From: Octopus sinensis
Lineage: Eukaryota
Length of the DNA stretch: 64,000 bases
Assembly: GCF_006345805.1 (NCBI RefSeq)
Contig: NW_021833301.1
Span: 1-64,000 of the forward strand
Direction of reading: 5' to 3'
The notes beneath the pieces are model-generated. The model was not told where the DNA came from. It was given only the letters and a program-made list of their open reading frames with translations, and ran no database searches. The position numbers were made by a program, and so were the translations under genes. This document shows, in pieces, positions 25,419 to 38,820 of this stretch; the stretch's first letter is position 1; each line of letters opens with the position of its first letter.

Positions 25419-26149
25419 ACATTGGAATTTTGACAATCGTTCTTATAGAACTTATATACTCCCGAGAAAGAATACTAGAACCATTTTACCAATGATTAAG
25501 AAAGATATCTAATGTAGCTACTTAGCAAAGTAATTCGTGAAAAGGATCTCTTTTGGATTCTCTTATCAAAGTAAAAAAGAAAAAGAGAAATAAATCCTAC
25601 AAAACTATGGAAGATACTCAAAAAATTATACTTAAGTAGGCCCTGCTTAATTATATCATTTATATCCAACAGAGTGGCTTCCAGTTAAATATACAATAAA
25701 CGTATAAAACTCATTTATGATGTTTGATTAAATGTACATAGAGAATAGATTGAATTATTAACAGCACCGAATCACTTTTTAATATTCTGACTTTATTTTC
25801 CTAATTTATGAAAATTGTGCTAATATTTAACGTTCGTTCGTGCAAAACATAAAATTACATAGAATATGGGACTTGGCTGAACAGTGTAAAGGAATATACA
25901 CTTTCATAGGACTTTGAGCAATGAACTCTTTTTTAGTTTTCAGTGGTGACCGCACCCTACCCTTTTTCTTATTTCTTCCATCCCACTTCCTAAAATTGAC
26001 GTCTTTGAAAGGCCAACAGCCCTTCTGAGAAAATTTGTTTATTTATAAATATGTTGATAGGTATACAATGGTAGGAAAAAAGAAACGAGAAAGAAAAAAG
26101 AAAAATGCTTTGTAATGAAATTTCCATGAATTGACCACATCAAATTGAT

Positions 26150-26430
26150 AAGAAATCATTCTATTACTTTTTCTCTTCTTTCTTGATTGTCCTGAAACCT
26201 CTCTCTATCTATTTCACCCTCTTTGCTTTTCTTCCCCCCGCCCTTTTTTTTCATAGAAACAAAAACAATACCCTCTTCTAAACAAACCAAAAAAGAAAAC
26301 ATCCGTGAAAAACGCAACGTTGTTTTTACCATTGTGATTTTGTCTCGACGAGTTTGAAAAACGAATGAAAGCACTAATAAAGAATTATCCAAAATTCTGA
26401 CTGCTTCTTTTTTCTCAATAGACAGTATCT
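26150..26430 (-). mobile_element. Diverged inverted copy of the 23985-24230 segment
   Basis: Translations LSFVFQTRRDKI..FQDNQER versus LLFVFRTRQDKI..FQNNQER; nucleotide similarity is visible by eye. Confidence 0.6.
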
Positions 26431-27151
26431 GCGTACCACTTCGAACACTATCTCCACGTTCATATATTTCTATATGCATATATATAGATATATATAGATA
26501 TATATAGATATATACACACGCACACACATACAGTTATGTGTGTGAGCACGCACCTACGTTTGTGACGCATCAAAGTATTAAGCAGACCAAAATTGTCTAA
26601 TGCCTATATTAAATATTAGAAATCTGTTATGCATGAAACAGATCTTTTAGTAAAAAGGCATATCTCAATAAGAAAAGGTAGTTCCATCGAACTCTGCGTG
26701 CTATGGTTTGATCCTCTCATCCACCTTAATGTTTTCGCCATTACCACGAAGAATGTGTTCTCAAGAACAATCTCAGCTAAATACCAAATAATGACGACTT
26801 TCTTCACGATTAACAATCCTCATCCCAACCCATGAAAGCGACTCTTAAACATCCGTAAGCCATTGAAAAACATCACTGGAAACAGAAATGAATGGAATGG
26901 TATAACTAGAAAGAGTAGCCTGCAGTTCGAGAAAATTTGAATTCTCCATCAAACATTGAAATATAATGGCCGAAATCTGATGGATGTTGCAGAGTTGCAT
27001 AACGGAGGGCCCATAGATAACTTCAGCTACACAGAGAGAGGTTTCATCGCATAGACAACTGCCAGTCTCGTCTTTCTTGAAAAGTTATATATCGGGAGAA
27101 TGACACGAAATATTTATAATTATACAGTCCAATATATTCAGATCTATAAAA

Positions 27152-27362
27152 GGCGGCGAGCTGGCAGAAACTTTAGCACGCCGGGCGAAATGCGTAGCCG
27201 TATTTCGTCTGCCGTTACGTTGTGAGTTCAAATTCCGCCGAGGTCGACTTTGCCTTTCATCTTTTCGGGGTCGATAAATTAAGTACCAGTTGCTTACTGG
27301 TGTTGATCTAATCGACTGGCCCCCTCCCCCAAAATTTCGGGCCTTGTACCTAGAAAAGAAAA
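27152..27362 (+). mobile_element. SINE family A monomer with tail B
   Basis: ggcggcgagctggcagaaac head, gagttcaaattcc B-box, tail ctaatcgactggcccctccccc aaaatttcgggccttg..tagaaaaga. Confidence 0.88.
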
Positions 27363-27399
27363 GGATATGTTCTGATCTATGCATATATTCACACACACG

Positions 27400-27600
27400 T
27401 ATTTTCGTTTATTTGCTTCAGTCATTTCATTGCGACCATGCTGCGGCACCGCCTTGAATGGTTCAATCGAACGAATCAAGCCCGGTACTTATTCTTTTTA
27501 AGGCCTGGTACTTTTCTATGGTTCCCTTTTATCGAACCGCTATGTTAAGGAGACGTAAACGCACCATCACCGGTTGTGAAGCAGTATTGGAAGACAAACT
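27400..27600 (-). mobile_element. SINE family B-related 3' fragment
   Basis: The reverse complement contains gcggttcgataaaagggaacc..gcggtgccgcagcatggtcgcaatgaaatgactgaagcaa. Confidence 0.65.
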
Positions 27601-27619
27601 CTTACACAAGGGCACGTAA

Positions 27620-28460
27620 CGTTATGTCTGAATTACGTAAAAATGAAAATAACACTGACATCTCATTTTAACCGACATATTTACCAAAATTACACAAAAA
27701 TATCTTGAAATACTAAAGAGTTTTTATATTCAATAAAATTGCAATTAGCTTCAACCACGGTCTCCAGACGCTTTCGGGATCTCCTGCAACTCTGTTGAAC
27801 AGTCTCCTTGTTTATGTAAGTAAATGCTGCTATAATACTTGCTTTCAGTTTATCTTTGGTATTACAAGGCGGTTTCTTGGTCTCTCGCTCTGCTGTGCCA
27901 CACACATAATAATCAAAAGGGTTGCAGTCTGGCGAATAAGGTGGCCAGATGTTATGTGTGATGTTATCACAGAAATTGTCTGACAGCAATGACAGGCTTC
28001 CCCTGCTTGTGTAGCATGGTGCAGATTCCTGTTTCCAGATATTGAGTCCTCCAGCAGCCACCCTCTTGATCCAGGGCAGCACTACTTCCTCCAAGCATTT
28101 GATGTAGGCCTCCGTGTAGAGACGAATGGAGGCATAACGCCGCCTTTACTAGTGATCACGCCAAAGACCATGATGTTGACTGGGTGGTTGATTTTTATCA
28201 CATTTGGTACATGCACTGTCTTCAGATTGACACCCAAACACACTTAAATATTCGTGTTGGGGTTTCTGGCGCGAATACCAAGCAATCCAGCATGTCTTTT
28301 CCAAATTTCTAGCAGAGTGAATTTCGTCATGGTTCTGGTTTTCTCACAGACGGTGCCCAACTATAAGAATACTATGTAGTCGAGAAAATTAAAAGCAACA
28401 ATGCGCATGCACGAAATTAAAATTATAAAATCATGACAATTAACCCATCGCATCCTGTAT
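27620..28460 (-). mobile_element. Decayed maT-like (DD37D) transposon
   Basis: ORF 27690-28094 contains KQESAPCY..WPPYSPDCNPFDYYVCG, with 37 residues between the second acidic position and the D of FDY. 5' TIR-like TA|caggatgccgatgggtt near 28460. Confidence 0.85.
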
Positions 28461-28545
28461 ATCCTTACATATATATATTCATACACATGTATACATATAT
28501 ATACATATATATATGTATATTTTATATATATATATACATATATAT

Positions 28546-28840
28546 AGTGGTTAGGGCAGCGGACTCGTGGTCGTAGGATCGCGGTTTCGATTCCCAGACC
28601 GGGCGTTGTGAGTGTTTATTGAGCGAAAACGCCTAAAGCTCAACGAGGGTCCGGCAGGGGGGGGGCATCCCTGCTGTACTCGTTCGCCACAACTTTCTCT
28701 CACTCTCTCTTCTGTTGGCCTGCTCGCTTAGCCAGCGGGGTGGCGTCATTTAAAGGCTAAAAAACAATGCGAAACGCATTGTGACCAGCGATGTGTAGCA
28801 ACATCTGATAGCCTGGTCGGTCACGGTGATCACGGTGATT
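28546..28840 (+). mobile_element. tRNA-derived SINE (family D) with (cacggtgat)n tail
   Basis: gtggttagggcagcggactc A-box region, ggtttcgattccc B-box, repeated 3' unit. Confidence 0.7.
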
Positions 28841-30065
28841 ATATATTTATTGATTTATTTATTTATATATGTATATATATATGTATGTATATATATATAT
28901 TTGTACATATATATATATATATATTGTATTATTTTATATCGGTCTTACTCCTCTTCTAAATGATCTTGATCTAGTTGCTTGGCGATGTTGTTAAGGTGGC
29001 TTTGGTTATTCCTATGTTAATATTATTGGTTGGTTATTTCCTTTATCGTATTGATGTTTATTGTTTTCTATTTTTGTTATTCTTTTTCTTTTGCCATTTA
29101 AGCTATTTTATGATATTTTGGGCGCTAGATTTTTTTTTTACATTTTCTTAATCTATATTTATTTTAGGTTTTTTTTTACAGTTTTTATCTTATTTTTCTT
29201 TCCCTCTTAATTGTTGTTGTTGCTTCAACTCTTATAATTGTTGTCGCAGTTGTTTCTGATGTTGCTGGCGTTGTTGCTGCTACTTATTTGGGGAGAAAAA
29301 CTGGAAAAAAAAATTAAAGGAAAAATTCATGAAACAAATTAGAGCTTCGTTATGAATGCAAATAGTTTATTGCAAAAATGAAACAAATTAAAATAAATGA
29401 TAATAATTATTGTTTTTTATTATTGTTGTTGCTATTTTTTATTTGTTGTTGTGACGTTAAATAAAGAAGAATATAGTAAAATAATCACATAAAATATAAA
29501 ATGGACGAAAATATTTATAGAGTATGAAAAAAGTTTCCACTTTGAATTGATTTCCTAAAGACGTGAAAATTTAGTCTATTTATTTAATGTTCAAAACGAC
29601 GTGAAGGACCGGGGAGAGGGAATGGTATGGAAACTATTCTGAAAGAGAGGGGCGAACAGAGATAGAATGAGACACAGAAGTAGGGGAGGTTGTTTTGAAG
29701 GGAAATAGTGACGAGAATTGACAGAAAAAAAAATGAAGTAAAATAAAGGGAAGAATAGGAGTTTGGGATGAAATTTTGGATAAAGTGCATACACGTATTA
29801 GAGAGGCAGGGAGAAAAGGGTATAAATGGAGGGTTTCAGCGACAAAATAGTTTTAAAATACTAAAGATTCGAGAAAATAAGGAAAAAAAACCGAATTTGG
29901 GATAGAGGACAACAATTAGAATAAGGAAGAAATTCCTGAGAGAAAATATACGAATTCATGAACAAATGAAAGAAAGAAAGAAAAACGATAATAATAATTG
30001 AAAGCGACTTAGATTGTGGGAACCTTTGTGAGAGAGTTTATATATATACATATATATGTGTGTGC

Positions 30066-30116
<51 letters not shown>

Positions 30117-30186
30117 ATATTTACATACATGCATATGTACATACCTATATATATATATATATGCACACACATCCGTATGTACATAA

Positions 30187-30251
<65 letters not shown>

Positions 30252-31309
30252 ATATACATATATATACATATATATATAGTTGTATGTATATATATATAAT
30301 ATATATATATATATTTGCATGTATATATGAATTTATAAATTTATATATATATACATAGATATATTTATATGCATATATATGCACGCACACACACACGTGT
30401 GTATATGGGAGGGTGTACATACGTACGAACGTGTGTACACATTCTTTACATTAAACATAACAATACAGGCGCATACCCAAACATACAAGCATGTAGTTAG
30501 GCAGGCAGGTATACTTGGCTACAATGATTAATAGATAAATGTAAACTACATACTTAAACGCAAATACATGCATATATATAAAGCACACGATATCATATCA
30601 ACACATGCGCGCATGCGTATGTGAGTGTGTGCGCGAGTTGGTTTATGTGAAAAATGTATGCAGTTTACAGCCATGACGGCTCAACAGAAATAGTTTAGCG
30701 AATCGTTTTCATTGAGCAAATTCCGTTTCAGTTGCTTGTCTTGTTTTTTTAGGGTATTTTTAAAGATCGCAATTAGCTAGGATACAGGTTTGTGTATATT
30801 TGTTCTTTGGATATGCTGTTGCTAGTAATGAGGTGTTGGTGAATGGATTCGGGATTGTATTCATGTTCTCAGAATGTCTTTGGGGTGAGCTAGCGTGTTA
30901 TTTGTTTCTCCGATAACCTCTCTGGTGACACGCTTTGACAGAGTATTTAGATGAGGCCTTTTTAGTGGAAAATAAACGAAGATACGCAAGAAAAAGTAGT
31001 TAGATGTTATCTATGTAGAATTGCAGGTATTACTTTGAAAATTACGAGTGTATACCTTCAAAGTAAAGATCGACAAAAAGGAAAGATAACTGCAGAAGAG
31101 ATAATTGAATTTTGACATAATTTCTCGAAGGAGAGAGTGTGTGTGGGTATACATATATGTGCTTGTGCGCCCGCGTGCGTGTATGTGTGCGTTAAAGATA
31201 GAGAGAAAGAAAAAGAAACAGAGTGAGAGATTGCTAAGTATGGCCTCTCGTCACATGCTATGTTTCACTCCCTGAAAATCGTTCAAATTCACCAATGGCA
31301 ATTGAATGA

Positions 31310-31458
31310 TCCATGGTAAGTAGCTTACTTACCAATCACATGGTTCCGGGTTCAGACCCACTGCGTGGCACCTTGGCCAGCTATCTTCTACTATACCCTC
31401 GGGCCGACCAAAGCCTTGTGAGTGGATTTGGTAGACGGAAACTGAAAAGAAGCCCGTC

Positions 31459-31516
<58 letters not shown>

Positions 31517-31733
31517 GTATATATATGTATGTATAATATATATATGTGTATGTGTGTGCGTGTGTGTGTCTGTGTTTACGTCCCCGTAATTTAGCGGTTC
31601 GGCAAAGGGGACCGATGGAATAAGTACTAGGCTTGCAAAGAATAAATCATGGGGTCGATTTGCTCAACTAAAAAGGCGGTGCTCCAGCATGGTCACAGTC
31701 AAATGACTAAAACAAGTGGAAGAGTAAAAGAGT
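31310..31733 (+). mobile_element. SINE family B
   Basis: Matches 13987-14400 apart from the first few nt. Confidence 0.88.
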
Positions 31734-32253
31734 ATCATACCAATGAAGGATAGTGTTCTTATGTCAATAACGATGACTTTCCTCCCGCTGCTATTTCCAA
31801 AACAACAGCCTATTAATATATGCCGTTTGATGATAATTATCATTACCGAATATTGGAGGTTCATAAAAGTATGATATTGTGAAGTGGTAGTCGGCCCAAC
31901 CCTATAGTACAAGACACAAATCCAGGTTGCCACGCAGTGGGATTGAACACAGATACAAGGGGTTTGGAAATAAGCTTCTTGCCACACACCCACGCCTGAG
32001 TGTCTGTTTGTTCAATACATAGACAGTTACGTTTGTATGGTTAAGAAGAAGCTCACTTCGTAACCTGGTGATCTCGGACAGATCCAGCCCCACAGCATCG
32101 CCCCTTAGGTAAGATTCCTCCTACGTAACGGTTGGCTGATAAATGCCTTGAGAGTAGATGGTGAATATGCTATTGTTTTTGTTGAATAAAATTTATTGAA
32201 AAAAAGCCGCTCTAATTATGCACCAACCTAATATATATATATATTATATATAT

Positions 32254-32308
<55 letters not shown>

Positions 32309-32630
32309 GTATGTATTTATATATGTATGTATTATGTACGTGTGTGTGTTTGTGTGTACGTCTCCAGGGCTTGAGAGTTGGTATTGGTATGTTTACGTCC
32401 GCGTAAGTTAGCATTGTAACAAAAGTGACTAACAGAATAGGTAACAGACTAAATAAGTACCAGAATATTTTTGTTCAACGAAATACTTTAAGGCAGACGT
32501 TGCTAGAACATGGCTGCAAACCAACAACAGGAATAAATATAATGTACTAAAAGGGGTAACTCTTACTTAGTGAGAAAGGTTGAAATACAGATTAGGGTAG
32601 TGGTTTCACTTTTGATTATATTGTTTTCAA

Positions 32631-33430
32631 GGCGCCGAGCTGGCAAAAACGTTAGCACGTCGGGAGAGATTCTTAGCGGTATTCCGTCTGCCGCTACGGT
32701 CTGAGTACAAATTCCGCCGATGTCGGCTTTGCCTTTCATCCTTTCGGGGTCGATTAAATAAGTACCAGTTACGCACTGGGGTCGATATAATCGACTTAAT
32801 CCATCTGTCTGTCCTTGTTTGTCTCCTCTGTGTTTAGCTCCATGTGGGTAGTAAAGAAATAGGTATTTCTTCTGCCGCTACGTTCTGATTTCAAATTCAG
32901 CTGAGGTTGACTTTGCGTTTCACCCTTTCGGGGTCGATTAAATAAGTACCATTTACGCACTGGGGTCGATATAATCGACTTAATCCGTTTGTCTGTCCTT
33001 GTTTGTCCTCTCTCTGTTTAGCCCCTTGTGAGTAGTAAAGAAGTAAGTATTTCGTCTGCTGTTACGTTCTGAGTTCAAATTCCACAGAGGTCGACTTTGC
33101 CTTTCATCCTTTCGGGGTCGATTAAATAAGTACCAGTTATGCACTGGGGTCGATATATTTGACTTAATCCGTTTGTCTGTTCTTGTTTGTCCCCTCTATG
33201 TTTAGCCCCTTGTGGGCAATAAGGAATTAAGAAATGTTAGCATGCCGGGTGAAATTCTTAGCAGTATTTCTTCTGCCTCTACGTTCTTTCTGAGTTCAAA
33301 TTCCGCCGAGGTCGACTTTGCCTTTCATCCTTTCGGGGTCAATAAATTAAGTAGCAGTTTTGTACTGCAGTAGATCTATCGACTAGCCCCCTCCCCTCAA
33401 AATTTCGAACCTTGTGTCTAGAGTAGAAAA
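32631..33430 (+). mobile_element. SINE family A tetramer: head-[body-tail A]x3-body-tail B
   Basis: Four bodies and three tail-A units; exact 13-bp flanking direct repeat tatattgttttca at 32617-32629 and 33431-33443. Confidence 0.88.
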
Positions 33431-33912
33431 TATATTGTTTTCAGATTAGCAAGTACTACAGACACTTATAGTAAAGTGTCTTTGCTAGTCATTGACTGAA
33501 TTTTCATTGTCAGGATTTTCATAATCAATATGTGTTTCGCCATTACTAGTTTCAGAAAATGAGTAACGGAAGTTGCGATATGGTTTCATTTACGAAAGTA
33601 TTAGCAACACAAACCAAACGATACAAATCCGAAATCGAAACTGTTTATTGGATTGTCTTGTCATCCTACTTCATTTAAAGTCATAGTCATTCTATAGTAA
33701 CTGCTATTACATTCAACTTCCTAGCCACCGCATATTTTTCACTTACTATGTAATCCATTCATACATCTGTGTAACTACTTAAGGAGAAACCATCTAATCT
33801 TAAATTTGATTACTTCCAACTATTTTCTTAGCTTGGTACGAGACTTAGTAATGATCACTGCGATGTACAAGAGTCATACAATTAATTTTGTAATGGTTAT
33901 TCGTTCTTGCAG

Positions 33913-34155
33913 TGGAGGCGCGTGGCTTAGAGGTTAGGGTATCAGCATCATGATCGTAAGATTGTGATTTCGATTCTTGGACCGGGTGAGGCGTTGTGTT
34001 CTTGAGCAAAACGTTTCATTTCACGTTGCTCCAGTCCACTCAGCTGGCAAAAATGAGTAACGCTGCGATAGACTGGCTGGGGAACACATACGCCATAGAA
34101 ACCGGGGTACCGGACCCATGAGCCTGGCTAGGCTTTAAAAGGGCGCATTTATTTA
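33913..34155 (+). mobile_element. tRNA-derived SINE family C
   Basis: ggaggcgcgtggcttagaggttaggg head, tttcgattc B-box, ttgagcaaaac..tttcacgttgctccagtccactcagctggcaaaaatgag body. Confidence 0.8.
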
Positions 34156-34401
34156 TTGTTTTTATTCGTTCTTGCAACTGAGAGACATAGTAATTTCTGA
34201 AGTAGCAACAAGGTCAGAAATGCTTAAACTGAGGGGACCAATATATTACATCGACCTCAGTACTTGTCTGCTCCTTAAGGACGAAAGGCAAAATTGGTCA
34301 CGGCGCGATTTGAAACCAAAACCTCAAGAGCAGGAAGAAATTACACAAGAATCTTTACTGACATTCTACTAATTCTGTCATTCCACTGCTACTTGCATGA
34401 A

Positions 34402-34619
34402 TGAGGGGATACTGAAAAGTTCCAGGCGTTAGGTAAAAGAAAATAGAGACGGATCAGTTAATTATGATTTTATTCAACCTATTCCCCTCTCACATTCATA
34501 CACTTATTGCCGCGGTCCTTCGGTTTTTCTAAGCCCTGTAAAAGATCTCGGAAGGTTGGGAGTCCAACCAGGCCTTTCGCGACACCCTTTTAAGCCAGGA
34601 ACTTTTCAGCATACCCTCG
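34402..34619. mobile_element. Mariner-type MITE (~220 bp)
   Basis: TIRs tgaggggatactgaaaagttccaggc and gccaggaacttttcagcataccctcg|TA; no coding capacity. Confidence 0.75.
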
Positions 34620-34914
34620 TAACGACAGTTTTGGTTGACAGTCTATAATATGATCTGGATAGTTTACTTCGCTTTAATCTCTTTATTCAGAAAATATGAC
34701 ATGAAAAATTTAAATGCTGATTTATTTTCACTTAATTAAACAACGAATTACTTACTTAGAAGATACAACAACGCCTTTCTACACACTGAACTTTTTATAA
34801 TCCGCTCAAATTTTCGAGCAGGAACCTCAAATTGCCAGACTAATTTACTGATACTCTGCACAGACTAGTACATTGCACGGTACAGAATCGATAAACTTGT
34901 ATCATTTATACTAA

Positions 34915-36300
34915 TGTACGGTCGTCTATGTTGTGGTTTCGATTCCCGAACCAGGCAACGCGTTGTGTTGCTGAGCAAAAACATTTCCTTTCACGTTACT
35001 CCAGACCTCTCAGCAGGCAAAAATTCTGTAATTCAGCTACGGACCGGCGACTCGTCCATGTGGGAAATTTATTGACCATAGAAAACGGGGAACGGCTCTT
35101 ATCAACTGGAATGACTCGAATAGGTAAGTTTACCTTTACGTGTACGGATGTCTGTATTTCATTTAATTATTTAAGTAAATTTAATAACTGTTTAATTTAG
35201 GGTGTGTCAACTAAGGTGACTATCCCTAGGAAAAATGGTAATCTGGAAAGGCTTTGGAAATGAAGGTTTCAAAAACCGGTTTGCACCTGTAGTATTAATG
35301 CCATTTTCTCGAGTCCAAGAAAGACGGCTCTGCTGTTTCTTGAGCAATAACCTACACAAAAGATTTGTTCATAGTGATCAAATGTGTTGTGGTGCACCTG
35401 AGCTCGCTCCCTCCATCAAATTGTAATTGTCTATACAGGTGTACACAGTGCTACGTGTTTGATTTAGAACTGCTCAACGTACCACCCACTCTGGGAATCG
35501 AAGCCAAGATCTCGTGATCTTGAATCGAACCCTAATCACTAGGTTGCATGCCGTCACTGTATAAGTAGTGATATGATGGCTCCAAATTTTGGCACAAAGC
35601 CAGCAATTTCGGAGTGGGTGTAAGTCGATTACATTGACTCCAGTGTACAACTGGTACTTATTTTATCGACCCCGAAACGATGAAAGGTAAAGTTGATCTC
35701 AGCGGAGTTAGAACGCAGAACGTAAATGACATGTCGCTAAGCATTTTGCGTGGAGTGTTAACAATTCTGCCAGATCACCGACTTAGCATGTTATATAAGT
35801 AAATAAAATAGATACGAAATATTTCCTTCTCGAGCCATGCCAGGTTCATGAGGGCTGGTTTCCTGGTTTCAATTGAGTATATATTCCCCACCTGGTCGGG
35901 ACGCTCGTCCGTCGCAGGATTATTCATGCTTGCCAGCTGAGTGGACTGGAGCAACGTGAAATGAAGAGTTTTGCATTGCCCGATCCCGAAATCGAAACCA
36001 CAATCTTACGATCATGAGTCCAACACCCTAACCACTAAGCCACTGGCCTCCTGTTGTTATACAATGGTTTCGAATTTCGGCTGAAGGCAAGCAATTTCTG
36101 GTGAGTGAGTAAGTTGATTATATCGATCTCCAGTGCTCAACCGGTACTTTATTTATCGACCCCGAAGCGATGTAAATCAAGGTCGAGATAGACCACGGCG
36201 GAATTTGAACTCAGAACGTAAACCCGGACGAAATGCTATAAATCATTTCTGACGATCCTGTAACTGTCCGTAACGATCTTTCCAGCTCGCTGCCTTAACA
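34915..36300. mobile_element. Cluster of five degraded SINEs (families A and C, both strands)
   Basis: Recognisable segments at about 34915-35130 (+), 35380-35560 (-), 35575-35790 (+), 35820-36050 (-) and 36065-36300 (+). Confidence 0.65.
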
Positions 36301-36310
36301 TGTAGTTATA

Positions 36311-37068
36311 CAGAGTGCTCAAAAAGTCTCTCCACAGTGAAAAGGAAATCAGCCTAGCAAGTGCTCACACGGCAGCATAAAAGAAATTAAATTTCTTTCC
36401 ATACCAAGTGCTAGCCATGCAAGAATTGAAGACTACCGATCATGCTAAAAGGTTTCATTATTGTCATTGGTTCCAAAACTTTGTTGCCGAAAAAGGCAGA
36501 CAAGTGCTGGATGAGTGTTTTTACACCGATGAGGCTTAGTTTCATCTGTCGGGATACATAAATTCGCAAAACACAAGGTTATGGAGCAATGAGAATCCAC
36601 ACGCGACGCATGAGCACCCTCTGCATCTCGAAAAAGTTGGAGTGTGGATAGCAATTTCGAGAAAGTATATTGTGGGATCGATATTTTTTTAAGACACCAT
36701 CAACACCGAGAGATATTGCTCAAGCATTGTCTATCCATTTGTAGGCCAACTCACTGAAAGTGAAATTAATAATGCATACTTTCAGCAAGAGGGAGCTACA
36801 ACACATACTTAGAGCATCACCATAGCGTCACTTCAAGAGTTTTTCGGTGGACGGATTATTTCGAAAGGACTTTGGCCACCAAGATTACCTGATTTCATAC
36901 CGCCAGACATTGTTTTCTGGGGAGCAAGTAAAGGATCAGTGGACAAGAATCGCCCGAAACCATTAATGAGCTAAGTGTCAGACTCTCCAAGATGTATTTC
37001 AAAACATGCGTAGAATAGTCAACTTATGTATTAAAAATGAAGGACGACACGTTCAACACCTCTTGTAA
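36311..37068 (+). mobile_element. Decayed Tc1/mariner-superfamily DDD-type transposon
   Basis: FYTDEA*FHLSGYINSQNTRLWSNENPH, FQQEGATTHT, GLWPPRLPDFIPPDIVFWG, ending EGRHVQHLL* at 37068; starts TA|cagagtg. Confidence 0.85.
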
Positions 37069-37131
37069 AGTCTAATACATTCTTTTGTAGTCTTATACCA
37101 TCTTATAAATAATTATTTTGTAATAAAATAC

Positions 37132-37601
37132 GGAGGCGCAAGGAGTGGCTGTGTGGTAAGTAGCTTGCTTACCAACATCATGGTTAGGCAAGTGTCTTCT
37201 ACTATAGCCTCGGGCCGACCAAACCCTTGTGAGTGGATATGGTCGACGGAAATTGAAAGAGGCCCGTCGTATATATATATATATATATATATATACAAAT
37301 ATATATATAAATTTAAGGATAATATCGATATTATTAAGTGGCCAGCATGGGAATAAATACCATACAAAGGTATTAATTTTTTACAATTATAAATAAAGGT
37401 ATCTGAGAGAAACCATCATGCCGAAATAGCAGTCAAACCCTGACTCTAAAAACCACCTAAAATATTCATATCGCACCATGAGATAAGACAGAGAGACAAA
37501 AAGAACTAGCACAAAGATATTAATGGATAATTTAAGATCCTGGATTTCTAGCTTTGCTTCAAATAAGCTCTGCTTTCATCAGTTGAATATACCACATTAA
37601 A

Positions 37602-37634
<33 letters not shown>

Positions 37635-37860
37635 TATGCATTTATACGTTTGTGTGTCTGTCTTTGTCCCCCCAACATCACTTGACAACCGATGGTGGTA
37701 TGTTTACATCCCCGTAAGTTAGCGGTTCGGCAAGAGAGACCGATGGAATAAGTACTAGACTTACAAAGAATAAGTCCTGGGGTTGATTTGCACGACTAAA
37801 GGCGGTGCTCCAGAAAGGCCGCAGTCAAATGACTGAAACAAATAAAAGAATAAAAGAAGA
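37132..37860 (+). mobile_element. SINE family B interrupted in its internal (TA)n by a ~310-bp insert (37290-37600)
   Basis: Head and body at 37132-37270; the 3' half resumes near 37640. Confidence 0.8.
37530..37588 (-). ncRNA. Minimal type-I hammerhead ribozyme motif
   Basis: Reverse complement: attcaa|CTGATGA|a agc..gctt..aagc..gct a|GAAA tcc a gga T C|ttaaat; canonical core, AUC triplet. Confidence 0.6.
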
Positions 37861-38380
37861 GAGACGTTCTGAACACCCTGTAAAAGGTAAACTCAAACAC
37901 ATAACTCGCCTACTAAGATGTATGTTGCCAACAACCAGTTCCAGCTGCTTTCAGACATGATAATCAATAACTTCTAAATAAGGCTTTTGATAATTGTATT
38001 TCAAAACAATAAAAATTCCGTTATCCTGATTTAAAAGGTTTATATTTTCTGCGAGTATTTTAAGTCGCTTACATGAAAACAAGCCATAAACAGTCAGAAA
38101 AACTGAGAAATAATACATTTAAGAATTACTTTACTTTAGCATTAATGAAGACTATTTAGGTTGTATTATAGATAATTTTTGGCAAAGCACTCTGTATAAA
38201 ATGTATGGCGGGACCGTTGAGAAGGACCTATTTGCAGAGCATCATTTTTCATAATTAGCTTAAGACGGAAAAGAAGCAAAAGAAACTTCTGCAAATTTCT
38301 TCGAATTAAGGAATAATTTTAAACATTTTCGTTCCAATTATTTATATGGAAAAATGCGTCAAATTAGAGTACAATGCATA

Positions 38381-38422
<42 letters not shown>

Positions 38423-38744
38423 AAAGCACACATGTATGTATGTATGTCGTATGCATGTATGCATGTGAATATGTATGCATGTGTGCATATATATATATAT
38501 ATATGTATGTATATATACGTATGTATGCGCATATATATATATGTGTGTGTCTGTCTGTCTGTATGTATGTGTGTATATATATATATATGTGTGTGTGTTT
38601 GGATGTCTATATGTATGTATGTTTATGTATGCTTTTATGTATGCATGTATACGCATACATATATATATATATACATATACACACACATATATACATATGT
38701 ATATATATGTATTTTGGGTATTATTATATATATATATATATATT

Positions 38745-38780
<36 letters not shown>

Positions 38781-38781
38781 G

Positions 38782-38820
<39 letters not shown>

